From NCBI GenBank assembly GCA_963796105.1, contig CAWCKJ010000004.1, positions 416,001 to 480,000 on the forward strand: DNA of 64,000 nt, in the 5' to 3' direction. Positions 1-9,511 of the stretch are shown here, in pieces (position 1 is the stretch's first letter; every line of letters begins with the position of its first letter). The position numbers and the translations under genes were made by a program. Under the pieces are notes generated by a model. That model saw only the letters and a program-made list of their open reading frames with translations, ran no database searches and had not been told where the DNA came from. The DNA is from a candidate division FCPU426 bacterium. Its GTDB lineage: Bacteria > Oederibacteriota > Muellerivitia > Muellerivitales > Muellerivitaceae.

Positions 1-1170
1 CGAGGCGGCTCTCTCCAATTTATGGAGGCCATATTTTCTCTTGATGGAATCCACGCTTTTAAAAAGGGCTTCTTTTTTCAAGTTGTTCATCTCAGGAAAA
101 AGCCAGTCCCCTCCCCCGCTTTCTTTCTCCAGTTTGGAAAGGGTCACTCCCAACAAACGGATCTTCCTTTTCCCGGTTCCGCATTCCTGGAATAGGCCGT
201 AAGCGGCCTTCATGACCTCCGCGTCATCGTCGGTGGCGGGAAAGCTCCTGGCCCGGGTCAGGGTCTGGAAATCGTCGTAGCGGAGCTTGAGCGTCACGGT
301 GCGGGCCTTTTTGCCCAGGCGCCTGAGGCGGTAACAGCTTTTTTCGGAAAGCCAAGCCAGGGTTCGCCGCAGGGTATCCGGGTCATTCGTGTCCTTCTCG
401 AACGTAGTCTCGTTTCCGACGCTTTTAGCTGTGTGGAAAGTCTCCACTTGGGAGTCGTCGATGCCCCTGGCCGCGTTGTAAAGCCATTCCCCCGCCGAGG
501 GCCCGAGGGCCTTATCCAGCCGGTCCATGGGAATCGACAGGATATCCCCGATCTTCTCGATTCGCATGGCCTTGAGGCGGGGAAGGGTTTTATCACCGAC
601 ACCGTGGAGCCTCTCGATGGGGAGGGCCCCCAGGAACTTTTGCTCCTCCCCGTCCGGCACAAGGATGATTCCCGTCTTGGAGCCCGAGGAGGGCTTGACC
701 GTCTTCCCCGCGATCTTGGCCACGTATTTGTTGCTGGCGAAAGCCACAGTGCAGTGAAGGCCCGTCCTGGAAAGGATGCTTTCCTTGACCTTACGGGCCA
801 TGGCCTCCAGGTCGTTCCCGTAAAGGGCCTCGCATCCCGTGAAGTCGAGGTAAAACTCGTCGATGGAGGCGTACTCCACCACCGGCGCGAGGCGTTTCAG
901 GAGCGCGTAAACTTTTCGGGAATATTTCGAGTAGAGCTTATGCTTCCCCCGCACGAACATGGCTTGGGGGCAGAGTTTCCCCGCGGTTAAAAGAGGCATG
1001 CCGGACTTGATCCCGAACTTGCGGGCCTCGTAGGAGGCCGAGGCCACGACCCCTCTTTCCCCCTTGTTCCCCCCGACGATAACGGGTTTCCCGTTCAAGG
1101 ACGGGTCCACCAGCCTCTCGCAGGACACGAAAAAGGAGTCCATATCCACATGGGCGATAATGCGTCTCAT
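1..1170 (-). CDS. dinB: DNA polymerase IV (Y family), 3' end runs off the window
   Basis: Manual translation from ATG at 1170 (not in the ORF track): MRRIIAHVDMDSFF..., SASYEARKFGIKSGMP, EYASIDEFYLD, ASNKYVAKIA. These are DinB motifs and no stop was seen in the segments translated. Confidence 0.93.
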   Translation of the reverse strand, partial: MRRIIAHVDMDSFFVSCERLVDPSLNGKPVIVGGNKGERGVVASASYEARKFGIKSGMPLLTAGKLCPQAMFVRGKHKLYSKYSRKVYALLKRLAPVVEYASIDEFYLDFTGCEALYGNDLEAMARKVKESILSRTGLHCTVAFASNKYVAKIAGKTVKPSSGSKTGIILVPDGEEQKFLGALPIERLHGVGDKTLPRLKAMRIEKIGDILSIPMDRLDKALGPSAGEWLYNAARGIDDSQVETFHTAKSVGNETTFEKDTNDPDTLRRTLAWLSEKSCYRLRRLGKKARTVTLKLRYDDFQTLTRARSFPATDDDAEVMKAAYGLFQECGTGKRKIRLLGVTLSKLEKESGGGDWLFPEMNNLKKEALFKSVDSIKRKYGLHKLERAAS

Positions 1171-1321
1171 AGCATACGCTAGTATACTTGGATGTAGGCA
1201 TCAATCAACTTTGATGTTTTTGATTAATATTCTGAGCTGTCACCGCGTTTGTGGAGCCCATCCCGAGAGAAGTGAGGGATCACGATTCCATTCTGCGGTG
1301 AGCTGTGTCTCTGAGTCCCTG

Positions 1322-1396
1322 TACCGATTTCCAATAATTAATAAATGTTAATCGTCACTATACCGATATCTTTAAATGTTTATATGAAAGTCGGCA
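1322..1396 (-). repeat. double-hairpin MITE-like element, copy 1
   Basis: TACCGAT...AGTCGGCA, flanked by TG on both sides, inside a CTCTGAGTCCCTG|TGGTGA repeat. Confidence 0.8.
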
Positions 1397-1417
1397 TGTG
1401 GTGAGTTTAAGGTTTTT

Positions 1418-1927
1418 TTACCCTTTTTTAAAAGTCAGCTTGATGCCCCCGCTGTTTTGGGAGGGGGTTCCCCCCGCGGCTTTGAACCGTTGGGCCATAC
1501 GGGCATCTTCCTCGATCCTCTTGGCCTCCAAGGCTTGGAGCCTCTCGAAGTCCTTTTTGTTGATGGCCGCGAAGTGAACCTCTCCCCTGAATAGGACCCT
1601 CTTCAACTCCATGAAAGACTCGACCTTCTTTATTTTCGACAAAACCCGGAAGGTAGTGCGGTGCTTGGCCGCGAACATCTCGATTTCAATGATTTCATTT
1701 TTGGAAAAAATGCTGTCACCCGTCAGGTGAAGGTCCCCGTAGGAGGAGTTCTTGTTGAGCACGTAATACAAATCCGCATTAGGCAGGTCGAACCCGCCGG
1801 ATTTCCAGGATTTTTTTCTCGGGGTCTTCTTGGGCTTCACTCGTTGGTATTTCACTTCCACCATCGACTGCATCATGCCCTTGCCGTATTTTTCAAGCCA
1901 ACCTGACTTCTGGGCCATCTTTCTCAT
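1418..1927 (-). CDS. hypothetical protein, possibly a degenerate PilZ-like domain
   Basis: 169-aa ORF. NSSYGD resembles the PilZ D/NxSxxG motif and is followed by a beta-rich pattern, but there is no RxxxR. Confidence 0.55.
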   Translation of the reverse strand: MRKMAQKSGWLEKYGKGMMQSMVEVKYQRVKPKKTPRKKSWKSGGFDLPNADLYYVLNKNSSYGDLHLTGDSIFSKNEIIEIEMFAAKHRTTFRVLSKIKKVESFMELKRVLFRGEVHFAAINKKDFERLQALEAKRIEEDARMAQRFKAAGGTPSQNSGGIKLTFKKG

Positions 1928-2025
1928 TCCTTATCGTGGGTTCCTAGCAAGCGCTTTAAAAGATACCACAAATGGAAAATTCACCGCCAGTAGGCTGCTG
2001 AAAAAAGGGGCCGCCGGGGCCTCTT

Positions 2026-2652
2026 TCAGGAAAACGCCTTCGAGAGGCTCGGTAAAACGTTGGTTCGGTTGAGTTCGCGCGCCGTAAGACCCCGGGACTC
2101 CCATTCCACCAGGCGTTTCTGGTGCTCTTGCATAATGGGGCGTATCGAGCTTTCGGCGAAAACAGCCTTGAGGTGGAGGGATAAGGAACCTTCCGGGGGC
2201 CGGTTGGCCCCGGTCAGGAGCCGGGCTGCCCCATCCTGGGAACAGGCTGTCAGGAGGAATGAATTGCCTGTAAAGGAATAGATTTCCAAATTGGGAATAA
2301 TCACCTTCCCGCCTTCCTTGCCTTCCACCCAGTTGACCAGGAGCAAGACGGATTTCTTGTCCGGGGAGATGAAGGTCCTGGCCCAGAAGAAGTTCAGGGC
2401 CGGATAGGAATAGTCCCCCATCAGGGAAAAGCCTTCCTCTTTCAACTTATCCGTGACTTCCGCCTGCCAGGGCGGGGTCAGGGCCTGCACCATTCCCTCC
2501 GGAGCCGGCACCAGGACCACGGAAACTTTGGGCATCCCCTCGTAACCTTGGGGCGGAGACGTCCTCTTTTTCCGCCAGGGTATTTCGGTCACGAGGATAT
2601 AGCCGATGACGATGCCGATGAGAATGAGAAGTATGCTTCCGCCCAGCCCCAT
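2026..2652 (-). CDS. hypothetical membrane-anchored protein
   Basis: 208-aa ORF with an N-terminal hydrophobic helix and AAAGGA upstream. Confidence 0.7.
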   Translation of the reverse strand: MGLGGSILLILIGIVIGYILVTEIPWRKKRTSPPQGYEGMPKVSVVLVPAPEGMVQALTPPWQAEVTDKLKEEGFSLMGDYSYPALNFFWARTFISPDKKSVLLLVNWVEGKEGGKVIIPNLEIYSFTGNSFLLTACSQDGAARLLTGANRPPEGSLSLHLKAVFAESSIRPIMQEHQKRLVEWESRGLTARELNRTNVLPSLSKAFS

Positions 2653-2681
2653 GAAATTCCTTTTCTAAATTATGATTGATA

Positions 2682-2735
2682 TGTCATTGCGACGAATGTT
2701 CGCCGAATAGGCGAACGACAATGAGGAAGCAACCC
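2682..2735. repeat. REP-like palindrome (TGTCATTGCGA...GAAGCAACCC), empty site
   Basis: Matches the sequence flanking element copy 8 at 49540-49671 once the insert is removed. Confidence 0.7.
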
Positions 2736-2784
2736 AAGTATTAATAAGCCTTATTTAATGCCTTAATCAATTGAGCTTTCATTG

Positions 2785-2862
2785 CGCCGGTTTTCGTTAT
2801 TAAACAATTAATTGTAATCGATACGATACCAGCCTCACTATCGGCTTTATGGAAGGCTGGCA
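2785..2862 (-). repeat. double-hairpin MITE-like element, copy 2 (degenerate)
   Basis: CGCCGG...GATACGATACCAGCC...GGCTGGCA inside TTCATTG|CGAACCGCGAAT. The empty site is at 60881-60900. The right duplication is mutated. Confidence 0.72.
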
Positions 2863-2875
2863 AACGAACCGCGAA

Positions 2876-3556
2876 TTATGCCATAGGCTTGAAGTGGTTG
2901 GCGCTTAAACCCGCCGCGTAATCCTTGGCGAGAACCTCGAAATTTTTGAGTATTTTCGCCCGGTCATAACCCAAAACCACGTGGCCCAGCATGCAGGTGG
3001 AAAAAGTCAACATGTTGATGGCGTAGGCGCTGATCGGCAGGTTGACTTCGGGTCTGATCATTCCGCGCCGTTGAAACTCTGCCAAACGGTCCAATAAAAT
3101 TTTATTGGACCCGGCTGTTAACCTGTTGATGTTTTCCATGAGTTTCGGGTCAACCAGGGCCCTGTAAATGATCACTTTGAAAAAACTCCTGTGCTTTACG
3201 AACAAATCGAGCCGGAAAGAACAGTAATTCAGGATTTCGCGCAAAAAAGAATCCCCTCCGGGATATTGGGCCCGGAACCCGCCGGCCAGTTCCTTTTCGT
3301 AAAAAGAATCGATGAGTGACCGCAAGAGGCCTTCCTTGCTTTTGAAGTACCGGTGGATGAGGGATTCGTTGACGCCTGATTCCCTGGCGATGAGCCTGGT
3401 GGTCGCGGCGTCGTAACCGTACTTGGAAAATACTCTCAGGGCCGCGTCCAAAAGGGTTTGGATTGTGTTTTTCCTGGATCTTTTCCTGAAGGCTGGTTCC
3501 TGGCTTCTCGAAAGCGTTTTTTTGGGGGGCGCTCCGGCCCTTTTCGTCCTCGGCAT
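2876..3556 (-). CDS. TetR/AcrR family transcriptional regulator
   Basis: LLDAALRVFSKYGYDAATTRLIARESGVNESLIHRYFKSKEGL is a TetR HTH. Confidence 0.92.
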   Translation of the reverse strand: MPRTKRAGAPPKKTLSRSQEPAFRKRSRKNTIQTLLDAALRVFSKYGYDAATTRLIARESGVNESLIHRYFKSKEGLLRSLIDSFYEKELAGGFRAQYPGGDSFLREILNYCSFRLDLFVKHRSFFKVIIYRALVDPKLMENINRLTAGSNKILLDRLAEFQRRGMIRPEVNLPISAYAINMLTFSTCMLGHVVLGYDRAKILKNFEVLAKDYAAGLSANHFKPMA

Positions 3557-3771
3557 AGATAGACTCCTTTTGTAAATACCGGCGGGGTTTTATACGAATC
3601 CATTTTAGCGTACCTGAAAATATTTCGGTAAGCAGTTATTAACTTGACCTATTCGCGGCTTGCGGTATCTTTTACTAAGTAAGTAAACGATTACATACCG
3701 GCCGCCAGGGATTCGGGTTATTGGCCGATGAAAACCCGAATGGGCGAAATATTAAAAAAAGGATTATAGGA

Positions 3772-3996
3772 ATGAAAAAATCCGACCAGCAAACCATTGA
3801 GACATTCGGGGCGAACGTCCGCAAAATCCGCAAAATGAAGGGTTGGTCCCAGATAAATTTGGGCGATAAAGCGGATTTGGCCGGCAATTTCATCGGTTTC
3901 GTGGAACGCGGTGAAAGAAGCATCACGCTTAAAAATATCGTAAAAATACAAAAGGCCTTGGGCTGCGCTATCAACAAACTCTTCGTGGGGCTTTAA
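3772..3996 (+). CDS. XRE-family HTH regulator
   Basis: FGANVRKIRKMKGWSQINLGDKADL...VERGERSITLKNI; a TTGACC-N17-TATCTT promoter-like sequence lies at ~3644-3672. Confidence 0.88.
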   Translation: MKKSDQQTIETFGANVRKIRKMKGWSQINLGDKADLAGNFIGFVERGERSITLKNIVKIQKALGCAINKLFVGL

Positions 3997-4095
3997 AACA
4001 AAGCCTATTCAGGGTGGGCCTGATCGCGGGGAGAACACGTCACTCAGTGATGAATCACGACTGGTATCCGGATTGGAACGGATTTAGGGGATTTT

Positions 4096-4299
4096 ATGGA
4101 TTGCCGTGAAATTCATCAAAATTACGGTTCTTACCTTCAAAGCAAACTCTCCGCCGCTCAAATGGAATTCATTGACCAGCATATTTTAGATTGTCCCGAT
4201 TGCTTCCTGTTTTGCAAGGAATACCGGGAATCTTTTTTGGCGAAAGTGCTCCAACCCGGGGATTATTGGGTTCATGCCAAAGAAGCTGAAAGCAAATAA
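4096..4299 (+). CDS. small zf-HC2 (anti-sigma-type zinc finger) protein
   Basis: MDC...YL...LS...HILDCPDC (HxxxCxxC). Confidence 0.75.
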   Translation: MDCREIHQNYGSYLQSKLSAAQMEFIDQHILDCPDCFLFCKEYRESFLAKVLQPGDYWVHAKEAESK

Positions 4300-4455
4300 A
4301 GATTGAGCGGTTTGTCGCGTCCCGGAGTGGAATTTTCGTTCTTCCGGGCCATCCGGGAACATCGGCGTCCCTGGAAGTTTGCCACTTGGGAACCTACAGA
4401 TATCAACTTACCGCTTCCCTTCTAACTTGCCAAGTTGTCCGAAAACATCCTAAAC

Positions 4456-4692
4456 CTACTTTCTCATCGATTTAGGTTCTTTTCTAGGATCGAAATAAGT
4501 CTTCCCGTCCTTTGCCATTTGCCACGTTGTCATTACCAGGTTCATTACAAGAGGCAAAGTGTCCTCGTCCATCTTGTTGACCCGGATTTTATTGTGGCGG
4601 CGAAGGGCCCTGTTGGCTAATCGCTTATCCCATTTCTCGGAATCCGCGCAGCATATTCCGCGTATTGATGTATGCCGTCTGGAGCGGCTCAT
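4456..4692 (-). CDS. small basic hypothetical protein
   Basis: MSRSRR...SEKWDKRLANRALRR...MRK with AAGGGGA upstream. Confidence 0.65.
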   Translation of the reverse strand: MSRSRRHTSIRGICCADSEKWDKRLANRALRRHNKIRVNKMDEDTLPLVMNLVMTTWQMAKDGKTYFDPRKEPKSMRK

Positions 4693-4826
4693 TTCCCTTT
4701 ACCTCGATTTCCTTTATTTAGGCAAAGCCGGAAAATGTACCGCTGTTTTCCCTTTCTGTAAAGTCACCCCGCTCGCGAGCTTGGTTTTTTGATAAGATAA
4801 CGCTATAAATAAGGAAGAGGTCATTC

Positions 4827-5711
4827 TTGTTATACCGCAGAAAAATCTTATTATCTTTATTACAGGCTTTAGACCGCAGAATCGATTCCGTCAGCTTTCA
4901 AAAGATCCTTTTTCTCCTAACCGAAAGACAACGTTCCAAAAGTTTTGATTTTATTCCCTACCGTTTTGGTTGTTATTCCTTTCAAGCGAATGCGGAATTA
5001 AAAGTCTTAGAACGTCATGGCTTTTTGAAAGACATGAATAATGTCTGGAAAATGGTTAGTGGGGAAAATTGGATAGAGCAATTGGAGGATACCGACAAAT
5101 CAAGCCTTCTGGCCGTCGTACATGAGTTCGGAAGCTGGACTAAAGATAAATTAATTTATTGGACCTATTCGCAACATCCTTACTATTCAATTAATAGCGA
5201 AATCGCACGCGAATACTTAAATGACCATGAAATGATTTTTAGGGAAACAGCCCGCCCGAATCCCCATGGAACGGTTTTATTCACAACTGGATATGAGGGG
5301 ATATCCCTGGAAAGTTATTTAAATCGCTTGATAAACGAAGGGGTGAAATTACTTTGCGATGTCCGCAAAAATCCGATAAGCATGAAATATGGCTTCTCCC
5401 GCAAAACTTTGGAAAAAACCTGTGATGGTGTTCACATCAAATATAAACATATCCCAGAATTGGGAATCGATGGAGAGATGAGAAAGAACCTCCTTTCTAA
5501 AGATGACTATGACCGTTTATTTGGGATGTATGACCAAGAAATACTTCCCTCGGCTACGAAACAACAGGAAGAAGTCTTGGAATTGCTTAAATCTTATGGG
5601 CGGATTGCTTTGACTTGCTTTGAAGCCAATCCACGCTTTTGCCACCGTTCGCATTTGGCCGCGGCAATTGAAAGCCGGTCAAAAAACAAGTTCGAGGTTC
5701 GCCACCTTTAA
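4827..5711 (+). CDS. DUF488 family protein with an extra N-terminal helical (wHTH/SocA-like) domain
   Basis: C-terminal TTGYEG, LCDVRKNPISMKYGFS, HIPELG, LTCFE..CHR motifs; N-terminal FQKILFLL...FIPYRFGCYS. Confidence 0.85.
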   Translation: MLYRRKILLSLLQALDRRIDSVSFQKILFLLTERQRSKSFDFIPYRFGCYSFQANAELKVLERHGFLKDMNNVWKMVSGENWIEQLEDTDKSSLLAVVHEFGSWTKDKLIYWTYSQHPYYSINSEIAREYLNDHEMIFRETARPNPHGTVLFTTGYEGISLESYLNRLINEGVKLLCDVRKNPISMKYGFSRKTLEKTCDGVHIKYKHIPELGIDGEMRKNLLSKDDYDRLFGMYDQEILPSATKQQEEVLELLKSYGRIALTCFEANPRFCHRSHLAAAIESRSKNKFEVRHL

Positions 5712-7069
5712 TGATTCGCAAGCGAATATTAATTACCGTCAAAACCTACCCTGTTTTATCCGCGAAATACCAAGAGCTGGTTTGTACCGCTGGTTTCCTT
5801 GAAGATGGAAGTTGGATTCGCATATATCCCGTTCCTTTCCGAAAAATCGATATCGAAAAACAATATCAAAAATACCATTGGATATCTGCGGATATCGAGA
5901 AAAGTCAAAAAGACGATAGGCCTGAAAGTTTTCGTATAGTTGACCTAAATACCCTCGAAGTGCAAGAAGAGGTCCCGACCGATAAAGATGGCGTTTGGGA
6001 AGCCCGGCGTAGATTAGTATTGAAAAATATCCAAACTTCTAAAAAAGCAATCATTGATGGAGCCCATGCGAATAAATTTTCTCTCGTGGTTTTTAAACCA
6101 AAAAGATTCATAAAATTCCAATGGGAACCCGAGGAAGACCGGGATTGGGACCCGGACAAAATAGCCGCCTTGGAAGACGTTCGAAAACAACTAGATATTT
6201 TCACGGGTCTTCAAGATCCGTTTAAAGTCGTTAAGAAAATTCCTTATAAGTTTTTTTACGAATTTGAGGATGAAGCCGGTGAAAAAAGCCGTTTGATGAT
6301 TGAGGATTGGGAAATCGGGGCTTTATATTGGAATTGTTTTAAAACTACTAAGGATGAAAATGCAACGTGTGAGTTAGTAAAAAAGAAATATTGGGATGAT
6401 TTTGTTTTAACGAAAGATATTCACTTGTTCCTTGGAACAACTAAGGAATATCATTTCAAAAAAGCGCCGAATCCCTATTTGGTTGTTGGAGTTTTTCCGC
6501 AAAACCCAAAGTGCAAGGAAATCTTTTCGGAAATTAAAATGGAAAATAATTATAATCTTGAATGCCCGATATGTGGAAATACTTATTATTTGAGTATCTC
6601 TTCTTTTCCTGAATGTTCTTTTTGTATTTCGGATCGAATGACCAATTTTGGTTTGACTGAAGAACACCAAAAAGAAAATCCAAATAAATCTTATATTTCT
6701 GCAGGCCTGAGTCCACAAGCAATTTTTGAATACATGGCCAGTGGTAATGTTGATTCAGTTTATTACTCGCAGGAACACAATAGCTACAATGCCGTGTGTA
6801 ATAAACCACTTGGGTTGATCCCAGGTTCCGGTTTGACGGGGGATATTCCTGAGGCCCGAGAGTCCGCTGTTCTTTATGATTTGGAAGGAAAAAGCGAGAA
6901 GGGTCCACATTTTGCTTTTTACGATCAAGAAGGGATTTCTAATCAAGTAGAAGAAGGAAAGTGGCTACCTATCCCACTTTGTAAAAAGTGCAGGATTTTC
7001 CGAGCTAAGTATGATTCCGATAAATGTATTCAATGTTTAAACGAAGAGATGGATAATATTTTCCAATAA
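5711..7069 (+). CDS. DUF488-partner protein, apparently fused by a frameshift to a Cys-rich downstream ORF (ATG at 6539)
   Basis: TVKTYP...ELVCTAG...WIRIYPVPFR...IEDWEIG...LFLGT. It overlaps the DUF488 stop (TAATG). The distal part has CPIC, CSFC, CKKC and CIQC. Confidence 0.75.
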   Translation: MIRKRILITVKTYPVLSAKYQELVCTAGFLEDGSWIRIYPVPFRKIDIEKQYQKYHWISADIEKSQKDDRPESFRIVDLNTLEVQEEVPTDKDGVWEARRRLVLKNIQTSKKAIIDGAHANKFSLVVFKPKRFIKFQWEPEEDRDWDPDKIAALEDVRKQLDIFTGLQDPFKVVKKIPYKFFYEFEDEAGEKSRLMIEDWEIGALYWNCFKTTKDENATCELVKKKYWDDFVLTKDIHLFLGTTKEYHFKKAPNPYLVVGVFPQNPKCKEIFSEIKMENNYNLECPICGNTYYLSISSFPECSFCISDRMTNFGLTEEHQKENPNKSYISAGLSPQAIFEYMASGNVDSVYYSQEHNSYNAVCNKPLGLIPGSGLTGDIPEARESAVLYDLEGKSEKGPHFAFYDQEGISNQVEEGKWLPIPLCKKCRIFRAKYDSDKCIQCLNEEMDNIFQ

Positions 7070-7256
7070 GTCTATCAGTTGGAAAAAGCCTTCCCCCTGG
7101 CTTGAGGTCACATACCGAGAAATGAGTAGTTATGCCCACTTCATAGGGTAGTTGGCCCCTGCCTCTTAGCTTACAGCCAAGAGGGCCATCTTTTTCTTTT
7201 GGGCAGCCATGGAAAGCTCCTTTTTCACTGAAAACCAAATTTACCATAGGGACACA

Positions 7257-7330
7257 TACCGCTATTTATAAAACTAGTAATGAATGCGGCATAGTACCGA
7301 TCTCGATAATCCTTTTATGGAAGATCGGCA
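7257..7330 (+). repeat. double-hairpin MITE-like element, copy 3
   Basis: CA|TACCGC...GATCGGCA|CA inside an AGGGACACA|GAGACCCAG repeat. Confidence 0.85.
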
Positions 7331-7436
7331 CAGAGACCCAGCTTTCCGGCGGAAATGTGGGCGGGAAACCAGGCCCGGGCCTTGGAGATATCCAGGAGGG
7401 GGAATAAGGAAAAGCCCGCCCTAAAAGACAGGTACC

Positions 7437-8630
7437 TCACCCTAATAATTGAGTTGGATTGGACTGGAAAAAATCCGCTAGATCCATACCGCCGGTCCCA
7501 ATACTTAACACTTTTGCCTTGGGGTTCTTCTTGAGGAAAGCCTCCAGCCCCGCGCCCGGGACGCTCTTGCCGGTTTTCACTTCCAAGGCCCAAGTTCTTG
7601 CCGCGGTCCTCACCACGAAATCCACTTCCTTGTCACGGTCCCGCCAATAAAACACCTCCCCGAACGACCGGTTCAAGTGGTTCAAAAGGTGGGCTCCCGC
7701 CGCGTTTTCCACCAATCGGCCCCAGGCCTTCCCATCCTGCTTGGCCTGGGCAAATGACATGGCCCGGTGGGCCGAGACCAGGGCGTTATTCCAAAGAATA
7801 AGCTTGGGACTGCTGCCCCTCTTGGCAGCCTTCCCGCTTCGATAGGACTCCAAGCCGCTGACGATATAAGCGCTCTCCAATAGTTTCAAGTAATGGGCCA
7901 AGGTGGTGGTATTTCCCGCGTCCTGCAGCTGCCCGAGCATTTTGTTGTAGGAGAATATCTGGGCGGGATAGCCCGCCGCCAATCCGAAAAGGTGCCTCAA
8001 CAAGGCGGGCTTTGCCACCGTTTGAAGCTGGAGTACGTCCCGCGACAAAACCGTTTCCACCAGGGAATCGGTGACATAGCGTTTCCAATCCTCCTCTTTA
8101 TCCCGGAATTGGGCGGAACCCGGGTATCCCCCGAAAAAGATCCATTCCTCCAGGTTCCAGCCGAAAGCCTCCTTCATTTCCGCGTAATCCCAATGGCCGC
8201 AACGGTATTGGAAGAACCGACCGGCGAGGCTATCCGTCAGCCCTTTTTGGACCAGTAACGCTGATGAACCCAGCAGCAAAACACGGAGGCCCTTTTGCTC
8301 GTGCAATTCCCTGTCCCAAAGGAGTTTGACGGTCTCGCTCCAGCCCCGTACCTTTTGGATTTCATCCAAAACAAGGAGGACTCTTTTGTCGGGTCCGCAC
8401 TTGGCCAGGGCCAAGTCCCACTGGGAATGGACCCATTCCGGTCCGGGAGGGAGGGGCGCGTCCGCCGCCGCGAAGACCGTTTCACCCTTCCACTTGCCGG
8501 CGATTTGCCTGGCGGCGGTAGTCTTTCCCGTCTGGCGGGGGCCTGTTAAGACATGGAGCACCCTGGTTCTACCTTCCAGGGCCGCCAGGATTTCCTTGAC
8601 GACGGGACGCTCGTAATGGGCATCTTTCAC
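7437..8630 (-). CDS. AAA_14 + DUF4143 ATP-binding protein
   Basis: Walker A GPRQTGKT, Walker B LVLDEIQ, LLGSS, SLAGR, GGYP, and C-terminal YWR...EVDFV...EVK. Confidence 0.92.
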   Translation of the reverse strand: MKDAHYERPVVKEILAALEGRTRVLHVLTGPRQTGKTTAARQIAGKWKGETVFAAADAPLPPGPEWVHSQWDLALAKCGPDKRVLLVLDEIQKVRGWSETVKLLWDRELHEQKGLRVLLLGSSALLVQKGLTDSLAGRFFQYRCGHWDYAEMKEAFGWNLEEWIFFGGYPGSAQFRDKEEDWKRYVTDSLVETVLSRDVLQLQTVAKPALLRHLFGLAAGYPAQIFSYNKMLGQLQDAGNTTTLAHYLKLLESAYIVSGLESYRSGKAAKRGSSPKLILWNNALVSAHRAMSFAQAKQDGKAWGRLVENAAGAHLLNHLNRSFGEVFYWRDRDKEVDFVVRTAARTWALEVKTGKSVPGAGLEAFLKKNPKAKVLSIGTGGMDLADFFQSNPTQLLG

Positions 8631-8674
8631 GAAAGCAACCTTAACTGCCCTCTCGCGAAGGCAAAGGGGAATTA

Positions 8675-8722
8675 CAAAATACTCAATCGTTGAGTATTTT
8701 TACTCATTCATTGAGTATTTTG
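8675..8722. promoter_or_regulatory. tandem palindromic operator-like sites upstream of the AAA ATPase
   Basis: AAAATACTCAA-TCG-TTGAGTATTTT (perfect inverted repeat) followed by TACTCATTCATTGAGTA. Confidence 0.65.
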
Positions 8723-8789
8723 CAAGCCTTTTCCACACATCGTTTCGGGAAATGTGGGCGGGAAAACCATAATTCACCACAGGGACACA

Positions 8790-8863
8790 TACCGCTATTT
8801 ATAAAACTGATAATGAATGCGGCATAGTACCGATCTCAATAATCCTTTTATGGAGGATCGGCA
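8790..8863 (+). repeat. double-hairpin MITE-like element, copy 4
   Basis: Near-identical to copy 3 including flanks (~7243-7350 vs ~8776-8884); CA duplication. Confidence 0.85.
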
Positions 8864-9048
8864 CAGAGACCCAGCTTTCCGGCAGAATATTCCCGCTTCC
8901 CGACAGGGTTTCCGGCGCATGTTCCTAGGCCCAACAAAATCGAGGTGTTAACAGTCACCCCAAGTGTTAACACCTGAAAAATTGCGGTGTTAACAGCAGG
9001 TGTTAACACCCTAATATCGCCGGAAATGTGGGCGGGTTATCCTCCCTT

Positions 9049-9177
9049 GCCGGTAGGTGTCACCAGGTTATCTCGGCTTTCCGGCGAAAATGCCGGTAGC
9101 TGTCACCAGGTTATCCCGGCTTACCGACGGAAATACCGGTGGGTGTCACCAGGTTATCCTGGCTTACCGACGGAAAT
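9049..9177 (+). repeat. 43-bp tandem repeat x3
   Basis: Unit (g/a)CCGGT.G.TGTCACCAGGTTATC..GGCTT.CCG.CG.AAAT. Confidence 0.85.
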
Positions 9178-9511
9178 GTGGGCGGTTTATCCTCATGTTC
9201 CCGGAGCCGGATTGTGCCACTTCGGGGCGATTGTGCCAAACCGGTAAAAAATCTGTCACTGGCCAGCCACTTTAACCCCCCTGGCCGCCTACTTTGCCCC
9301 CCCTCTTTTGGGCACTTCGAGGGGTGCCTGTTTCGGGGACTTCGACCCCTGCCTTGCGGGGCCTCTTTTTTAGATTAATTTAGACCCATCAAACTCCTTT
9401 CACAAGATGCGTTTTGCTTCCCCAACATTGGATGATACGAAGTCCCGCGCAAATCCCGTAACCAATAGGCGCAAGATTGCACGAATAAGACAGCATCGAA
9501 CGATGGGTTTC

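Noticed and set aside
7080..7240. Possible structured RNA or IS200/605-type end after the DUF488 operon
   Set aside because: Two modest hairpins only; no family motif I can support without an Rfam search
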